Source: Phoronis australis (Eukaryota > Animalia > Phoronida). Taken from it: a stretch of 64,000 bases of DNA. The position numbers and the translations under genes are program-made. The notes beneath the pieces are model-generated. The model saw only the letters and a program-made list of their open reading frames with translations. It was not told the origin of the DNA and ran no database searches. The stretch covers positions 844,511 to 908,510 of the forward strand of contig NMRA01000058.1 of NCBI GenBank assembly GCA_002633005.1, in the 5' to 3' direction. This document shows, in pieces, positions 27,391-39,972 of this stretch (position 1 is its first letter; each line of letters starts with the position of its first letter).

Positions 27391-28216
27391 GTGACTACCA
27401 TCTCTAGTTGAACAACAGACAGTGAAACTCCTATAGGCACTTCATATGGCGGAAGCTTTTAGGCGAATTATGATTAAAAAGTCACGTTGATATAAGTACC
27501 TTTTGTGCATAGAGGGACACCTTAGGCCGCAGTTGATGTCTTTAATTCCTTACAACTTCAACAAATACTCCCACCATCAAACTTTTCCTTTAAGCAGTAC
27601 TTCGTTCAGTTCCGGTAACTGGACATTTTTAACAATGCGCACGGCAAGTGGTATGCCGTCATATCCTCTAGCGTGCGCTGTGTAAAAATGGCCAGTTTCC
27701 AATTTTGGAAACTGAACAAAGGACTGCTCAAAGAAAAAGTTTGATAACTGTAGTATTTGTTTGAGTTGGAAGGAATTAAAGACTTCAACTGCCTCCTAAG
27801 GTATCCCTCTATACGCGAAATGTACTTTTAACAACGTGACTTTTTAATCGCATAGAGGGACAACATAAGAGGCCTTCAATGTTTTTAATTTCTCCAAAGT
27901 CGATGAAATACCCCAGTTATCAAACTTTTTCTTCGAACAGTCCCTCGTTCAGTTTCCAAAATCGGCAACTCAGTTTTTAACACTGCGCACGGCAGGTGGC
28001 TTGCGCAGTGTTGAAAATAGCGAGTTCCCGATTTTGGGAACTGAATTGTTCGAGTTGGAAGAAATTAAAAACCGGCCTCCTAAGGTGTCCCTCTATGCGC
28101 AAAAGGTATTTATAAGAACATGACTTTGATGTTTTTGTCAGTGTGAGGCATAATTCGCCGCTATAGGAGCTTCACCGTCTCTACTGGGGAGAGCTAGAGA
28201 CGATGGTCATTGTCTA
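27391..28216. mobile_element. Decayed double foldback built from arms of the GGCAATGACCATCG family
   Basis: Forward arm (27391-27645), reverse arm (27675-27850), forward arm (27850-27990), reverse arm (28003-28216). All are homologous to the arms at 28845 and 29800. Confidence 0.7.
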
Positions 28217-28675
28217 GTATATCTGGTGACCTGACATTTCACATTAAAATTTCTTATTCCGACAATTTGAAGAACGCCACTTGATTGCACGCTAAAATAG
28301 GACACTAACTTTACCCCAGCTTTTCACAATTTTAATACCTCACGAGAAGCACTCCAACCAGGTGATTATGGAAATCTTTGAGCCAATTTTCGTTAGAAGA
28401 TATGTTTAATTTTTGTTGTTGAATCATTAGTGAAATTAAGCAACAACTCATAGAAACTATGCAAAATTTATTCAGAATAAAATACAGTTCCCTTTTAAAT
28501 CGAGTTTTCCCCATGAGAGAGTTGAATGTCCATTTACCGTTCAGCAAAGAGACAAATGCTGCTTGTCAAGTGATTTACACGACCCTAAGGCATGTAGCAT
28601 ATTTTTAATATCAGGATGTGTCGCCGCCTCCTAATTAAATTGAGATGAATTAATGACCCACCTAGTTGTGGCAAT

Positions 28676-28785
28676 AGTCGGATATAATGGACCCTGATTT
28701 AGAAAACCAGTTTTATCCACTAAATAACGGGGCTGTTATTTAGTGATTGCCTGGTTCTCTATGTCAGGGTCCATTATATCCGACT
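28676..28785. mobile_element. 110-bp miniature palindromic MITE
   Basis: AGTCGGATATAATGGACCCTGA ... TCAGGGTCCATTATATCCGACT (22-bp perfect TIR), with inner CACTAAATAAC/GTTATTTAGTG. Relatives at ~38155-38197 and ~45965-46045. Confidence 0.8.
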
Positions 28786-28840
28786 TGTGCCCTTAGTTGT
28801 CTTCATACAGACGTAGGCTACAGACCACAGTTTGAGTTGA

Positions 28841-29792
28841 CATAGGCAATGACCATCGCCTACGTTGGCCCGACCAGAGGCGATGCAGCTCCTATAGGCG
28901 CTCCATACGCCGGAAGCTTTTCAGCGAATTATGCTTCGCACTGGCTTAAGCATGAAAGTCACGTTGTTATAAATACCTTTTGCGTATTGAGGGACACCTT
29001 AGGAGGTTGTCGGTGTGTTTAATTCCTTCCAACTCGAACAAATACTTCCGTTATCGAACTTTTTGTTCGAGCAGTCACTTATTCAGTTCCCAAAATCGTG
29101 AATTCACCATTTTTATACTGCGCACGCTCCAATTTTTACTGCGCTCGCTATGTGATGTGACATCATGACCTCAATCTTTAAATAGGCCAAAGGTGAGCCA
29201 TTGCGGTCTTATCAGTCAAATGTTCGTTTCCAAAATGCCTCCACTTATACTTGTCTTTAATTGGCGTTACTTGAAACTGATTGTATTTCAATGAATTGTT
29301 GTTTGTATTTGATAAAAATAAATGCTGTTAATATGACATTTAACTTTGTGCACATATTTGACATTTTAATATTTAACAACACGGCAAATGTACGGCTGGT
29401 TCCCGGCAGCACGTACGCACAGGGCAGGGACTTCAGCTTTCTCGTTCGCCGGTAGGGATCGCAACTTCTGACCTTCGGCCTGGTAAAAAGAATGAGGTCA
29501 TATCTCTTGGCGTGCGCTGAGTTAAAATGGTGAGTTCACGATTTTGAGAACTGAAATAGGGACTGCTCGAAAAAAAAGTTTGATAACGGGAGTATTTGTT
29601 CGAGTTGGAAGGAATTAAACACATCCACAACCTCCCAAGGTGTTCCTCTATGCGCAAAAGGTATTTATAACAACGTGACTTTGATGTTTTAGTCGATGCG
29701 AGGCATAATTCGCCGAAAAGCTTCCGGGGTATGGAGCGCCTATAGGAGCTGTATCGCCTCTGGTCGGGCCAACAGAAGCGATGGTCATTGCC
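28841..29792. mobile_element. Foldback-type MITE with ~285-bp TIRs (CATAGGCAATGACCATCG terminus), copy 1
   Basis: 28841-29127 is an inverted repeat of ~29510-29792 around a ~380-bp non-coding core. Confidence 0.85.
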
Positions 29793-29797
29793 CAGAG

Positions 29798-30620
29798 TAG
29801 GCAATGACCATCGCCTCTGTTGGCCCGAAGCAGAGGCGATGTAGAGGCTATAGGCGCTCTGTACGCCGGAAGCTTTTCGGCGAATTTTGCCTCGCACCGA
29901 CTAAACCATCAAAGTCACGTTGTTATAAATACCTTTTGCGCATAGAGGAACACCTTAGGAGGTTGTCGATGTGTTTAATTCCTTCCAACTCAAACAAATA
30001 CTCCCGTTATCAAACTTTTTTTTCGAGCAGTCCCTATTTCAGTTCTCAAAATCGTGAACTCACCATTTTAACTCAGCGCACGCCAAGAGATATGACCTCA
30101 TTCTTTTTACCAGGCCGAAGGTCAGAAGTTGCGATCCCTACCGGCGAACGAGAAAGCTGAAGTCCCTGCCCTGTGCGTACGTGCTGCCGGGAACCAGCCG
30201 TACATTTGCCGTGTTGTTAAATATTAAAATGTCAAATATGTGCACAAAGTTAAATGTCATATTAACAGCATTTATTTTTATCAAATACAAACAACAATTC
30301 ATTGAAATACAATCAGTTTCAAGTAACGCCAATTAAAGACAAGTATAAGTGGAGGCATTTTGGAAACGAACATTTGACTGATAAGACCGCAATGGCTCAC
30401 CTTTGGCCTATTTAAAGATTGAGGTCATGATGTCACATCACATAGCGAGCGCAGTAAAAATTGGAGCGTGCGCAGTATAAAAATGGTGAATTCACGATTT
30501 TGGGAACTGAATAAGTGACTGCTCGAACAAAAAGTTCGATAACGGAAGTATTTGTTCGAGTTGGAAGGAATTAAACACACCGACAACCTCCTAAGGTGTC
30601 CCTCNTGGTCATTGCCTATG
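29798..30620. mobile_element. Same foldback MITE, copy 2, in inverted orientation (N at 30605)
   Basis: The core is an essentially exact reverse complement of copy 1 (identical spurious ORFs 29261-29455 + and 30138-30332 -). Ends ...GGTCATTGCCTATG at 30620. Confidence 0.8.
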
Positions 30621-30869
30621 CCCAGAGTTGACACTGGCAGGGAAGTCAGAAATTCAGAAACGTGGAATAACTTGGAAATAAACAGGTCTTAATCTCCTTT
30701 GACAACGCCTAGATAAACATTGTGCAACAATAGGTCACAGCAAATCAAATATGATAACCAAGATAACCTCAAAAAATAAAGTAGCCTAACGCCCTAAGTT
30801 CAAGCAACTTCTGACGGCATGCATCTTGATCTTGAGAGGAGAGGACTCGCATCTTCTTTTGTAAATCAG

Positions 30870-30964
30870 CAGCAACCGGAAATGACACACTTCACATGCG
30901 CGTTTCGGTTGCGTGTCTGTTCGTCCACGCGGTGTTGGAAAGGGAAGCTTCATATTCGGCTAAA
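30870..30964 (+). promoter_or_regulatory. Probable TATA-less housekeeping promoter/5' UTR of citrate synthase
   Basis: ETS/GABP-like CCGGAAAT at 30876-30883 and CpG-rich CATGCGCG (NRF1-like) just upstream of the exon 1 ATG. Confidence 0.45.
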
Positions 30965-31012
30965 ATGTATTCCACGAAGTCAGCTGCTACCAAATTAATA
31001 CAGTTTTCCAAG
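30965..31012 (+). CDS. CS: Citrate synthase exon 1 (MYSTKSAATKLIQFSK, mitochondrial transit peptide)
   Basis: aaaATG context, 16 codons, AAG|gtttgt phase-0 donor. Resembles vertebrate CS exon 1 (MALLTAAARLLGTK) and has no acidic residues. Confidence 0.75.
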
Positions 31013-31147
31013 GTTTGTCGCTTCTATCTGCCTATTTTAAAAAACAATCTAAGCCATGTGCAGTATTTGCAGATTCACCACACACCTGTTCACCTTCAAA
31101 TCGAAAGCTGACAGCTCGGCTGCGAACGTACCTGTCCTGGGACTGGG

Positions 31148-31222
31148 TAGGCAATGACCATCGCCTCTGTTGGCCCGAAGCAGAGGCGATGTAGAGGCTA
31201 TAGGCGCTCTGTACGCCGGAAG
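31148..31222. mobile_element. Third, truncated arm of the foldback MITE, ending at N 31223; a decayed fourth arm lies at ~31340-31600
   Basis: TAGGCAATGACCATCGCCTCTGTTGGCCCGAAGCAG... is identical to 29798-29872. Confidence 0.8.
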
Positions 31223-31721
31223 NCAAGTTGTCTCCTTAGCAAGAACTGTGCCTGAGGCAATGTTCATCCTCACGTTTGCACTGGTTCAACACGCTCATTT
31301 CAAAATTTCAATAGTCTGGCCTCAACGACAACATAGTCAGTAACCATCGTCTCTATCCAACCAAAGTAGTGTTGATGAAGCTCCTATAGGAGTTCCATAC
31401 ACAGGAAGCTTTTCAGCGAATTATGCCTCACACTTACTAAAACATCAAAGTCACGTTGTTATAAATACCTTTTGTGCATAGAGCGAGACTAGTCGATGTA
31501 TTTAATTCCTTGCAACTCAAACAAACACACCCAAGCTTTTTCTCCGAGCAGTCCCTAGTTCAGTTCCCAAAATCGGGAACTCACCATTTTATCATCCTGC
31601 ACGGACTAGTAATGCGAGTAAAAGCTACTTTGGTCTCGTACCTTATATAGACCGATCCCTCGGTAATTCTCGTGTGATCTAAGTAAGCTTTCATGCATCT
31701 TATGTCTACCGGAAGCGTGGT

Positions 31722-31955
31722 TTGAATAGTATTATCTGCAGAGAACCTAATAAGGAGTTATTGTACATAAAAGAGTCATTGGCTATTCAGAACCAGCATG
31801 CCAGTAAGGAATTCCATATAGGACTCGCACAGAGACGCCTCTGTGACAGGTTGAAAGAACATCACACCTTAGAGAAAAGTAACATATATAGGCATACTAT
31901 TAGCTGCAATCACCAAGCCAACTCTGTTAGTGTTTGCAGGGAGTTACTGTACATC
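31722..31955 (+). pseudogene. Scrambled Penelope-like GIY-YIG fragments
   Basis: LLYIKESLAI and HIGLAQRRLCDRLKEH...SNIYRHTISCNH motifs occur in permuted order, with GGAGTTAyTGTACAT repeated. Confidence 0.6.
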
Positions 31956-32988
31956 CGGTTTTTAATCTTATTGTGGCCAAAAACTGATTTAATCTCCTAG
32001 TGGTAGTTTTGTTTTTTTTGCGCCCATGGCTGTGTCTCCTAAACTGTTTGCAACATCTTTGCTAAATTAAGCAAGTGCATTTATATGATGTTGACAACGG
32101 ATGACAACAACGTTTGTACAAATCTGACTACCAGTGTGCCCCCTACTGGCAATTTTCATTTTTAGGCTTACCTCTATATCTTCAAAGGTCCTCCATGGAT
32201 TATCAGAAAGTTTGGAATATAGGCATCTACTAGTGAGTTGATACTATCCCTCCACTTTCGGATGGAATCGGGGTACTTTCCGCCACCTAGTGGCCATTTT
32301 TCCTGTTTTCGAGTCTTGTTTTTTGGGGTCCACCCTTCCATCAACCAAACCGTTCTAAGTATTATTTTGAAAATTGCCATCTATGTTCTCAGTGTGAAGA
32401 GGACGGTTGACGATAACGAATTCCACTACTGTGGTGCCTCCTAGTGGTGGTTTTGTTTTGTTTTGCACCTACAGCTGCATCTCCTAAACTGACTGCAGGA
32501 TCCTTATTAAATTTAGTAATTGTATTTATATGAAGCTAACAACAGATGATGTCTTTCTGTCGGATCCAATGAACGCTGTGCCCCATATTGGCAATTTTAT
32601 TTTTTTTCTGTTTTCCTTCGTTTCTCTGTAGTTCCTTGACAGATTTTTATGAAATTTAGTAAATAGCTTTCTATTACAGAAGCGATGGCATGTTTCCAGT
32701 TTCAGATGGATTTGAGGATTTTTCGCCATCTAGTGGCTATTTTTATGAAACAAATAAACAACCCTAGAAGCACTCCGTTTGTGGTGACTTCGTGGGTGCA
32801 TTTCAACGGTCTGCAATGCTCTTGTTATGATAGAAATTACATAAATCGAAAATGAAATTAAATTTACAGATCTGAAAGAGCTCTTTTGAGTTTTCATCTT
32901 GAACTTTGATATCAAGTAAAATTTGGACAGATTATTGATATGGTTGTTTTGTTATGAAAGTTTGTTCCTTTTTTGCTAAATTTTACTA

Positions 32989-35398
32989 CCGTAATCGTTC
33001 GGGTTAACGCCCTGGGCGGTTAAATTGGCGAATCCAAAAAATCGGGGGAGGGCGGTTAACCGAGCAGTGGGCGGTTAAATCGAAAATCCACCTAAAGTAG
33101 GGGATGGGCGGTTAACCGAACATGGGCGCTTATTACGACAGACAACTGCCCTGGGCGGTTAATCTTACCTGGCGATCTAAATCTTGACACGACAATCATA
33201 CTCGGAACGCATAGCCTTTTTCAAAGAGCTTTATCGTCACGTCGCCAAATGACTGTGAAAACGTCATAACAGCGGATGATCCCAACCAAGGTTCTCTTGC
33301 CCTCAGATTAGTCATTCACTATTAAATTTACAAAATTGCTGAGTAATAGCCCCGTGCCGTCCTGCGGTGCGCAGACGACCAGTGACCACGCAGCCTCCAC
33401 TAGAATTAAACTGTTTCAAGATATGACTCTGCTTAAGTGCACGCGTGCAAGCTTCACGTGTTGCAGAGGTCAGACATCAAATTTATGGTTGCAGTCTCGT
33501 ACTATATGTAGCTGTCAAGTTCTGAGTCAGAGAGCAGTTTTAAAATTGGTTGTAATAAAAGTTTGAAAAACTTAACTTGTTTTTTGTGTTTGGGATGTTA
33601 TAGTCGACACTCCGTGACTCAATGACATTTTCAGCGTATGGTTCTGCGGCTAGTTATCTTATCTCGACAGCCCGGCATTGCTCTCTTGCCATTGCGCCAA
33701 ACATGCTATGCAAAGAAGTAAGACAAGGATCGGGGGTGGTCGAGCCAGTCGTCGATCAAGAATAAAATTTCAAGCAACTGCATAAATATGTTACAAAATG
33801 TCAGAAAACAGCATTGTTTCAATTCGTTATTCTAAACGATCACCTTACCAAACTTCGTGGTGGAAAAACATTTATTTTTCATGCAAGATGTCCAGATTAT
33901 CCTATTTATATCACTTGTAATATCGCACTGCGGCACTGTTCGGTCCCGCTGTTATCGCGCAATGTCTCAGTCGGCTGACAATCGTGACTTGGAAATGCCG
34001 TCAAGTAATATAACGGCCTCTTTCAATATGCATCTCGTTTTTTATGGCCAAAGATAGTGGCGGTATTCAGCACGCGCGTAGGGCCTACGTGTGAGTCACC
34101 TGTCAATCACATGTTTGTGTCAAGGTAACATGCACTCCAAAGTGTGGGAACTTGCGCACATGCACCACTACAAATCAGTCACACATAGCGACAGTCCAAC
34201 GAAGTAACAAAAACGGACGTGACTATGTACTTTTAAGCTGTTGTTACGAAAGACCCAGTTCTTTATGATATTCCTCCGTTGCCAATGTTCCCCAAAACTG
34301 CGATGTCAAGTCTATTCCCATATTTCCCGGCTTGATGCTCCCTAAGCCCATCCCTGTAACTAGCCGCGTGAATCTCCTACCCACTATCGTCAAGCAGTCT
34401 ACGTCGTAGATATTTCAGACTCGAATGGTAAGAATTTTTGTTCAGGCTGAAAATGGCCAATGTATAAACAAAATTATTCTGGATGGCTAAAAAGGGGATG
34501 TGGAAACTATAATTCACACAGTCACGCTTACGTGGGGGCTGACGCAAGAAACAGTAAAGAACAGCCAGCGACATTAGTTAAATCTGCTAACCAGTTTGAC
34601 TGAGATGCAATAAGCGAAAAACAAAATTTGACTAACCGTTTTTTATTACTTCAGGATCATACACAAACATACATTATTGCCAACGTTTGAATTCAGAAAT
34701 CAACAGGCAGCAACGAAATCGGTAACCCAGTGAGGCACTTGTACTGTCCCTTCGGTCGCCCCACATCCTCTATAACCCGGCAGTTATGTTCATCAAATAT
34801 TGAGAATTTGACATCTTTCCGTGAGTTGCGAGATTTGTTGAAAATACGAGAGCTTCCCACCTTAATAGAATTTGGAGGGTTGGCAAAACCATGTCACATT
34901 TCTCTGGCCTGATTTTTTTGATCATATGTTTTATCTAATGCACTGCAGACGGAAACTCAGCGCGTCAGACAAAGTCGCTGAAAGCGGAGGTTTTGATGCC
35001 GGCGGCTTTCTTAAACTTTGCAAACAAGGGAAGAAAATAAAGTGACAAAAAATTTCAAGTATTATATTTTGAAGTGGGTTCATGACCCAAGACAATAACT
35101 CGTTACCTGAATTGTAATTCAGATTGCTAAACCACCGTCCCGGCGTCGTTGCACTCATTATGATCATCGATCTTTTTCTTAAAGTCGGGGAATCACGCAT
35201 TTCCTTAGCACTAGGCGGTAAATCTTCATTCTTTAAAAGTCGGGGATGGGCGCTTAACCGAGAGGTGGGCGCTTAACTGGAAAAATTCAAAAATCGCAGG
35301 GTGCGCTTAACAGAGCAGTGGGCGGTTAAATCGAAAATCCACTTAAAGTCGGGGATGGGCGGTTAACTGAGCATGGGCGTTAACCCGAACGATTACGG
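32989..35398. mobile_element. 2.4-kb non-autonomous Tc1/mariner-pogo type element (CCGTA termini, TA TSD) in CS intron 1
   Basis: Perfect 24-bp TIR CCGTAATCGTTCGGGTTAACGCCC / GGGCGTTAACCCGAACGATTACGG, TA on both sides, and arrays of GGGCG(G/C)TTAA subterminal motifs. Confidence 0.9.
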
Positions 35399-37169
35399 TA
35401 ATTAGACACGACCCAATAAATGACCGAAATTAAAAAATCAAAGCCAACAGACGTTCTACGTTCAGAAAATATACGTTTACAGGTATTTCGTATTAGTTTT
35501 GTTGGACCTGCAAACCTAATATCAATTATCTCTGTAAAACCTAAGGTATGTGGCAAAATGCATAGACTTGTTAATAATCTCCTGCATATCAGTGTCCTAC
35601 ATAACCCAATCCTATGTGTCGTGTCTTGGCAGCACTTGCGACATGTTGAAGAAATTAGCAATCACTTTTAGGAAAATGCATCACCAGCATTCTCTTTTCA
35701 CCACGACTTGTTTTAAAAACTATTGGTCCAGTCAACACTATTGCCAGAAGACCATTAAATTCGTAAATAAATCTTAACCAATGGATCAGACAATGGCAAA
35801 CCAACAGCCCACATTACCAGCAACGTCTCTGGTGGGTCATATTATGAGCCACTCAATCAACTGCATTAGCCTACATTCTGTCTGTAGTGATTCTATGTAT
35901 AGAAAAGTATTCACAGATATGGTGATCTAAACAACTTTTTTGTTACAAAACGTAGTGGGTACAGCTAGGTAACTTAATCGTGACTTTCACTTTTGTAACC
36001 TTAAGTTTAGATCTGACAGAAATTCGCCTTGATGTTGCAGTGACACCTAGTGGCTCAAGTATTACCACTGTTATGCTCACTTTCGCCACCGAAAAGCAAG
36101 ACTCTGGTAACCCCCCTTCATCTAAAAATGTAATAAGTAAACCCCTTCTTGTTGTCCATTGTTAAGAGAGTGGTCTCTATTGTTAAAGTGTATGTATCTT
36201 GAACAGGTCTCCCAATTATAATGTAAATCCCAATCAATTTCAAAATCCCATTTAGATTTTTAGCTGTGTGGAAAACACTGAAATATAAAAGATGGTCTTA
36301 GAATTTGAATGGCATGTTCCTGTAAAATTTGCTTTGAATTTTAGACACACCCAACTGCGACTGTGTCTTCTTGTGACAATTTTACCTTTTCCCATTTGCC
36401 TCTGTAGTTACCATGTCCCACTGTGGAACTGGTTTGAGAGATGTATTTCTATTTTATTGATAATTAAAAATTGAAAACAGCTACACTTGTCCGTATTTGC
36501 ATCCAACCGCCATATTCCGTGCCCCTTTGTGGTTATATTAGTATTTTAATTCCAGTTTTAGTACTTTTTGTCCGTCAAACGTTTTTAACATTGATTTTGG
36601 AACAGTCGGACTTCTGCTCTTTGAAGAACCTTCATGAAATTTCCATTTATTTTGGCAAGATGTGATTTGCCAATTTTCAGATGACCAGAGATATATTTCT
36701 ACGTCTTAGAAATTAAAACAGCTGCTTTTCAGGACTGAAGAGTCTATTTCGTGCTGGCACAGCCGACAGACTTTCTACCAAACCTTGATCAAATTGTTTG
36801 TCGGACAAATGTCATCAGCTATTCAGCTGGTTATTATAAATGTGAAAATTCCTATCTAGAACTCTAGTGCAGAAGATATAACAACCTTGAGCTATGCATC
36901 ACACATTAACCTAGATTGCTAAGTAACCAGATGCCAGTCAATTTTGGCGACCTTTACCTCATTTGGAAGGTCTTAGCCAGAAACTTTAAAAGTTCGTCTG
37001 GATAGGAAAGTTTCCACTTAAGTTCTCATTTTTACCAGTGTGTAGATAGGGCATTATTCGAATTTGGCAACTTTGGCCTTCTTTTCAAGCTTGATATTTT
37101 CTTATTTTATGCCGATGTGTTGATGTTTTTAAATAGTTGCCCGGGGTCTGTTACACATTGTACCAGACA

Positions 37170-37362
37170 TGCGCAGGCCACTCAGGCGGGCTCATTGTAC
37201 TGATCACCTGGAACCTGATTTTTATGCTTTACTAATATATATGGTTTAATCAAACTGAGGAGCTAGAGACTTGACTCAAGGGTCTAGCAGTGTGGCATTG
37301 CAGGATTCGAACCCACCACCTTGAGTAAAGGAAGCTAACGCTTATCCCACTTTATCACTGTG
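37170..37362 (-). mobile_element. tRNA-derived SINE
   Basis: B box GGTTCGAATCC on the minus strand (~37302-37313). The body is homologous to 62335-62520. Confidence 0.75.
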
Positions 37363-39027
37363 TGAAGATAGGGCATCTCCAGTAATTTGACATTTTAGCC
37401 GACCTTGACCTTGTTTTCAAGGTCATGGCAGCTAATGTGAAAGCATCATCACTTCAATGAAAGCTCATTTGTAAAGCAAAATTTTCTCATTTGAAATTTT
37501 TCGGAATTGTAATTGTATGGTCATTTTCAGATTTGTGTATTATGCCTTGCCTGGCTTGTCGTTACACAAAAAATTGGTTTCCCAAAAAAGTTTTATTGGG
37601 CTTGCAAATGCACCCATTTCAGAGGGAGGGGTGGACAGTTCAATTTCCCTGTGACAAGCCTTTCTTTATTCTGCCTTCAGGCCATGGCTCAATGGATGAT
37701 TGGTTAAATTTCTCAACTTTTGAGATGACAATTGCAGGTTTGATTCCTATACAATCTAATCTACCGGTAATGGGAAAAAATTAAGTTTTCATTTTCATAA
37801 GGTGTTTGGTTGTTTGTTGTCATGGTGGTAGAGTATTAAATTTCTTTGTGCTCCTTAACCTTTTGGTATAATTTTTTAGAGAGTTCTTTTGATTACTCGA
37901 AAGAATCGGTCACAATTAGCCCACCATCAGTCAATCACAAACTAAACATGCTTCTTCGTACCAAGCATGGTGAGTCAGTTAGTCCAGCCTCAGATATCAC
38001 CCCCCCCTTAAGGGAACTAGTTGAACTAGATGAGACCATGTTGTAACAAAAGTTTTCTTGGCAGTAGGTAGGTTTGTGTATTGCAGTCAGTCTCAAGGAA
38101 CCATGGTCAGACTGGACAATTTTCCATGCTATATGGTGTTGTAGTCACCCAGAAGGGTCCCACATTTTGAGAACCAGTTTTCACTACTAAATAACGGGTT
38201 AAACTGGTCCTAAATCCTGGATCTTTTGGACCTCTTGTAAGTGGCTATTGCCTTTTCTACTTTTTGTGAAAGTTCCGCTCTGCTTGGTCTGTTTAATGGC
38301 TTGACACTGCCATGGGTTACTGATCCAGGGTATAATAAATCTTGACCTCAGAGCGCGTTGGCAATCACTCTGTCACAGGTTGTAGTCATAGGTGACTTGT
38401 CTGTTGACCTGTGCTGAGCTTGTACTAGTAGTTTGTACACTGTACTAAAACCACCATTATAGATGAGGTGATGGTAATTAATTAAATCCTCTCATTGATC
38501 ATTCTCGTATCACATTGGCACGTTGACACTAATCTCACAGAAGTGTGGTGGTAGTCTTTGGAGGACGCTGTCTTGTTTCTTGTATTGATTGCTTCTAACA
38601 GACATGAGAACATGGGTGAGTACCCTGCGTTGTTGGTTGGTGACTGGATTTTCCATAGTTACTATGTTGGATTTGATTTGCTTGTGAACATATGGTTGTG
38701 CACATTTGGTCTATGTTATGTAATAAGGTGTTTTCACTTCGAAGTGCTCGTACTTTGCTTAAATCACTGGCTGCATGGCTATCAGCTTTTCCACTGCAAA
38801 AACCAGTTTTGATTTAGAATGATTACCCATTATGAAATTGGTTCCGAATTGTTTCTCTAAGAAAAATCTAAGGTGATTCCATGCCTTCGAAAGTACTGAG
38901 TTGGTTGTTGTTTGAGACCATGCTCTGCGTATTGGCTTTTCATGGCGTGCCATTTTATGCACCGAGCTTGGATTGCGGCCGACAGATGGCATGCACGTGG
39001 TAGTAAATAAAACATCACACGAATACC

Positions 39028-39699
39028 TGTTGATTTGTGGCATTGTGATTAACTAACAATAGATTACAACAAGCTGTGAGACTTACAACTGAATGAAACG
39101 ATATATCACTATTGGTGAAGAAACTAATCTACAGTGCCACTAGGCGCCCGTAACTACCGCACACGTTAACACAACTAGAGTCACACTAGTACCAACTCGC
39201 TAGATCAACCTCTAGACGGGTTCAAATTGGCAGACAGGCTGAGACCAACGCGCGGGCTAAAGTGTCTATACCTCAGGCTATGTATTCTGTCAGTTTCTCC
39301 TTGCGTTCCTGGCCTCGGTGATCCTTCTCGTCTTCAGTCTAGTGTCATAGTCTCTGGTCTTTTTGGTCTGCCGTTGAGGTCTTTGTTGTCTCTGTGGTCT
39401 GGTCTATTGTAGGTCTGGTGTTGCGGTGTACCTCTCTCATAGAGTATTCATTATCACGCCTCGTGATGAAACTTCTTGTGACGAGCCAAAATTGTACAGA
39501 TAATTATGCTGACAGTTGCTAGTTCTTGCGTAACTGTTATTGTGATAGATCCCAGTAAGAGGATATGGCCAATGCTACTGTTAATTGCGTAACATAACTG
39601 TTGTGACGTATTCCAGGTGGAAGATATGTGCTGATACTACTGTCCTGCTAGATTATCATCAAATCTTTCAATGGGTTAGGATTAATCGAGTCCATTACA
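39028..39699. mobile_element. Possible solo LTR
   Basis: TG...CA ends (TGTTGA...ATTACA) flanked by ATACC/ATACT (4 of 5 TSD match). Composition differs from the flanks. Confidence 0.3.
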
Positions 39700-39972
39700 A
39701 TACTTCTTTTAAAATATATAACAAGTAATTATAAAAAATGGCATGGCTTTGCACGACATCATCTTTCAGTTGTTTGCAAACTCAGAAATCAGTTCTCATA
39801 TTTTCTAAGGATGAACCAAGACCAACGTTATCCCTTCTTGTATGGAATGCTGGTTTGTAGCCTCAATAAATGTAATGGCTGTTTTCTCGACAGCGTTGGT
39901 TGACTGATGGTAATGGAGTCTGCTGTCACTGTTATGTACTTTGTTGTAGTTATACACAGTGTTTTTACCTGT

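Noticed and set aside
29261-30332. Paired identical ORFs on opposite strands (64 aa; 154/118 aa)
   Set aside because: By-products of the inverted MITE duplication, with no protein-like motifs.
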